Assembly: GCA_002104905.1 (NCBI GenBank)
Contig: MCFE01000766.1
Location: forward strand, 1-38,208
DNA length: 38,208 bases
From: Basidiobolus meristosporus CBS 931.73
Taxonomy: Eukaryota > Fungi > Basidiobolomycota
Direction of reading: 5' to 3'
Shown: positions 35,394 through 38,208 of the stretch, one piece after another
Position numbering within the stretch: the stretch's first letter is position 1
Layout of the letters: each line of letters opens with the position of its first letter
The notes under the pieces: generated by a model
Told to the model about the DNA's origin: nothing
The model's input: the letters and a program-made list of their open reading frames with translations, nothing else
Database searches by the model: none
Translations under genes and position numbers: made by a program

Positions 35394-35740
35394 TGTTGTA
35401 AAATTTGTAATTCCACCTCAATTCTCACTTAACTTAGTCACTTAGAGCATTATCCTTGAATCCTAGAGAATACTGACCAAATTCCTTGTTGGGATTTACT
35501 CAGAATACTTTCACTAGAATACCAGGTACCCAGAACATGAAGATTCTCAAAGTTGTCCAAGCAGCCCCAAACTTTGCACACATGGTTTTGGGACCTTCCT
35601 TAGCCTATTCTATGTGTTTGTTATGCTAAGACCATGTAAAGTATAAATACTACTTTTGCATTCAATAAATCATTAAGTGAAAACCACATAATCTACTTGT
35701 CCTCCCAATCACTTCCCATATCTCCAAGACTCTTACAACA
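35394..35740 (+). repeat. LTR D2, 347 bp
   Basis: TGTTG...CAACA, preceded by the PPT. Confidence 0.92.
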
Positions 35741-36199
35741 GACTGGACTGGCATGCACCAGCATGCTGGTGTTGCAAGGTTTGGTAAGGATTCCAGCAAG
35801 GTGTTCTGGTGTAATCTCAATGCAGTTGCCTGCAGTCTATATTTTTCCCCCTGAAGCTCACCTTCTTACTTCAAAGGTATTCATTTACTCTCTGTCTAAA
35901 ACATTGGAACTGCTGCCTTGATGAGTCCTGTGATTAATGCTCTTGGACGCCCTTTAGCTCTATTAATATATCACAGAGTGCATTAGTCATTAGAGGCAAA
36001 AACTCATTCAAGATCTCCTTGGTTCCCAAAGTTGAGGCACAAACAGACACATCTGGTTTATGCCACGCAAATTATATGTGGAAATGTTTGCACACAGCTT
36101 CCTCTTCAAATCCCCTGGCACTGTCCAACAGAGCAAGTCTACTAAATCCTGCCCATCTAAGGAGTTTGAAATGTCTAATCTAGTAGGCTCAGCTACTAC

Positions 36200-36678
36200 T
36201 TACAAATATATTTCTCAATAGACTGAAGTACTAAAACTATCACCTAAGTCAGTCCATGTATATTTAAGATATACTTAAGAGGTATCAAATGAAATATTTC
36301 CAACTCACAATTACCCTAAAGGAGACATACCTCAGCTTGGTCAAAACTCAGCTAAATCAAGAGTGTTTGCTGCCATCTGAAAGCCCAGACTTTCCTCACC
36401 AATCCATGGCTGGCAGTTTGATATACTTCATGCTCTGAACATGTCTACTGATCTTATATTTGGTAAGAGTGGTCAGCCAGCATAATTGGAACAGTGGATC
36501 TGATCATATTGCAGCAGCTAAGCAGATTTCTAGATACTTCAAATGAACTGCTGAAATATGCTTAGGGTACACCTATAAGAATGCAGAATAAGATCTTGTG
36601 GTATATTCTGATGCCAATTAGGGAAAAAACCTCAAAGAAGGAGGAGCTGCCACAAGATACTATTTCTTTCCTGTAAAG
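36200..36678 (+). pseudogene. Older copia D-like RT/RNase H remnant, target of D3
   Basis: Colinear with 34530-34990 (YSDA motif), and cut by LTR D3 after ...ctgtaaag. Confidence 0.75.
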
Positions 36679-37027
36679 TGTTGTAAAAATTTGTAATTCC
36701 ACCTAAATATTCACCTAACTTAGTCACTTAGATCATCACCTTCAAATCCTAGAGAATACTGACCAAATTCCTTGTTGGGATTTACTTAGAATATTTTCAC
36801 CAAAATACCAGGTACCCAGAACATGAAAATTCTCAAAGTTGTCCAAACAGCCCCAAACTTTGCACACATGTTCTTGGGACCTTCCTTAACCTATTCTACG
36901 TGTTTGTAGTGCCAAGACCAGGTAAAAGTATAAATACTACTTTTACATTCAATACATCATTAAGTGAAAACCACATAATCTACTTGTTGTCCCAATCACT
37001 TCCAATATCTCCAAGACTCCTACAACA

Positions 37028-37039
37028 GGTTATGAGCCC
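37028..37039 (+). promoter_or_regulatory. Half-tRNA(iMet) PBS of D3
   Basis: GGTTATGAGCCC directly after the LTR. Confidence 0.88.
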
Positions 37040-38208
37040 CAAGCTGTCACTCTCTGCAATGTCTACTACTGCTATTACTGGAATTTTTCCCTCTGCTGAA
37101 AAGTTGGATGGATCTAACTACCAAGTGTGGAAGGTGAAGATGAAGATGCTGCTACAAGAAAGAGGCCTTTGGGATATTGTCATGGGAGAAGAATGCCCTC
37201 CTAAAAACGTGGGAGAGGAAGCCTTAAAGTACCAGAAGAAAGAACAAAGTGCCTTTAACTGCATTTGCCTTAATGTCAAGGACAAATTGCTAATTCAATG
37301 CTCAAGAGCCAAAACAGCAAAGAATGCCTGGAAGGCATTAGAAGACACCTACCAGTCATGTTCAGCTGCCAAGAAAATGTATCTGAGACGAAAATTCTTT
37401 ACTACAAAGATGCTGCCAGGAGAAGAAATGAAAAATCTAACTAACAGAATTACCCTGCTGGTAGATGAGATGGAATCTGTGGGCATACCAACTACTGATG
37501 AGGATGTGATAGTTACCATCCTGAATAGCCTGACAGACAAGTTTCAGGGCCTTGTATCAGCTCTAGAGTCCAGAACTGAAGATTTGACCTTAAATTACGT
37601 ATATGGAAGGCTCCTGGATGAAGAATTAAGAAAATCAAGCGCCAATAAGAAGGAAGAAGAAAATGCTTTAATAAGCAATGATAACCAACAAAAGAGGTAC
37701 CCAAGACCCTACAAAGGCAACAGCTACCTGTTTTGCAACTACTGCAAAAGGAAAGGACACACATCAGACCGGTGTCTCAAAAAGAGAGATTATCAGCAAA
37801 AGAAGCCTGAATATGGAAATGCTGCAACAACTGAAGATAGGCTATTCTTATCTGCACTAAATATCACCACAAACAAGGATTCTCAGACGTGGTATATTGA
37901 CTCTGGAGCTTCTCAACACTTTACACACCAAAAAGAACTTTTTACCCAATATCAAGAAATTCCAATTAAGAAGGTTTTCATGGGTGACAATAGAACACTT
38001 GATGCAGTGGGAGAAGGAACTATCCAAGTAAACCTTAGAAGCAGTAAAGGAAGCCATACACTGACCTTTAAAGAAGTACTCTATGTACCAGAAATAGCCA
38101 AGAACCTACTCTCTGTAAGCAAGGCCACAGCAGAAGGACTCAGTTTCAGTTTTGACAATTCTGGATGCAGGATCACTGATCAAAATGGTGCCCATATTGC
38201 TTTGGGCA
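37032..38208 (+). CDS. Copia gag-pol polyprotein, intact to window edge (392 codons, partial)
   Basis: Manual translation shows no stop: MSPKLSLSAMST...EKLDGSNYQVWKVKMKMLL...CNYCKRKGHTSDRC (37734-37775)...WYIDSGASQH (DSG at 37899)...VLYVPEIAKNLLSV. It is absent from the ORF track, presumably because it lacks a stop. Confidence 0.9.
   Translation, partial: MSPKLSLSAMSTTAITGIFPSAEKLDGSNYQVWKVKMKMLLQERGLWDIVMGEECPPKNVGEEALKYQKKEQSAFNCICLNVKDKLLIQCSRAKTAKNAWKALEDTYQSCSAAKKMYLRRKFFTTKMLPGEEMKNLTNRITLLVDEMESVGIPTTDEDVIVTILNSLTDKFQGLVSALESRTEDLTLNYVYGRLLDEELRKSSANKKEEENALISNDNQQKRYPRPYKGNSYLFCNYCKRKGHTSDRCLKKRDYQQKKPEYGNAATTEDRLFLSALNITTNKDSQTWYIDSGASQHFTHQKELFTQYQEIPIKKVFMGDNRTLDAVGEGTIQVNLRSSKGSHTLTFKEVLYVPEIAKNLLSVSKATAEGLSFSFDNSGCRITDQNGAHIALG

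Larger units (their letters stand above)
30562..35740 (+). mobile_element. Ty1/copia family D, LTR-to-LTR unit lacking a matching TSD (probable chimera)
   Basis: LTR D1 at 30562-30865, PBS ggttatgagccc at 30866-30877, decayed PPT gagtgagag at 35385-35393, LTR D2 at 35394-35740. Motifs WHIDSGAS, LWHRRFGH, HSDLCG, DNGGEY, PYSPQQNGVAE, YKARLVAKG, LYVDDL, YSDADWG and RTKHIDI. Flanks are GTTAG vs GACTG. Confidence 0.9.
36679..38208 (+). mobile_element. Ty1/copia family D, copy D3 (extends beyond window)
   Basis: LTR at 36679-37027 (TGTTG...CAACA, 349 bp), PBS at 37028-37039, open gag-pol. Expected TSD is TAAAG (36674-36678). Confidence 0.93.

Noticed and set aside
35756-35771. Perfect 16-bp palindrome CACCAGCATGCTGGTG
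   Set aside because: It is a single short instance with no associated structure or second copy.
355-38057. Most 60-140 aa ORFs in the track as host genes
   Set aside because: They are antisense or alternative frames of TE sequence, or fragments of broken gag-pol or transposase. There is no independent gene evidence.
1-38208. Classical RIP (CpA>TpA)
   Set aside because: CpA and TpG are abundant while CpG is what is missing. Some CAA>TAA stops occur but do not dominate by eye.
1-38208. CRISPR array, prokaryotic operon or phage
   Set aside because: There are no short regularly spaced repeats, and all recognisable content is eukaryotic TE.

Overview
This is a eukaryotic, probably fungal, repeat nest. 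I found no host gene, RNA gene or CRISPR array. The oldest layer is a ~3.96-kb unit carrying a decayed En/Spm (CACTA/CMC, Transposase_21-like) transposase plus a divergent ~177-codon ORF of unknown function (ORF2). At least six fragments of this unit occur, mostly head-to-tail on +, with one inverted, and I could not find its termini. Inserted into it or into each other are: two Ty1/copia families (A, D), two Ty3/gypsy families (B, C), three solo LTRs with target-site duplications (TSDs), and a 666-bp foldback element. One copia (17698-23186) and one gypsy (8723-15671) keep both LTRs and perfect TSDs. The gypsy contains an inverted same-family copy whose LTR is a mosaic of the two outer LTRs. 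CpG is almost absent, consistent with methylation-driven deamination. The only long intact reading frame is a copia gag-pol running off the right edge (37032 to >38208), which the ORF track misses. All alignments, identities and counts were made by eye and are approximate.
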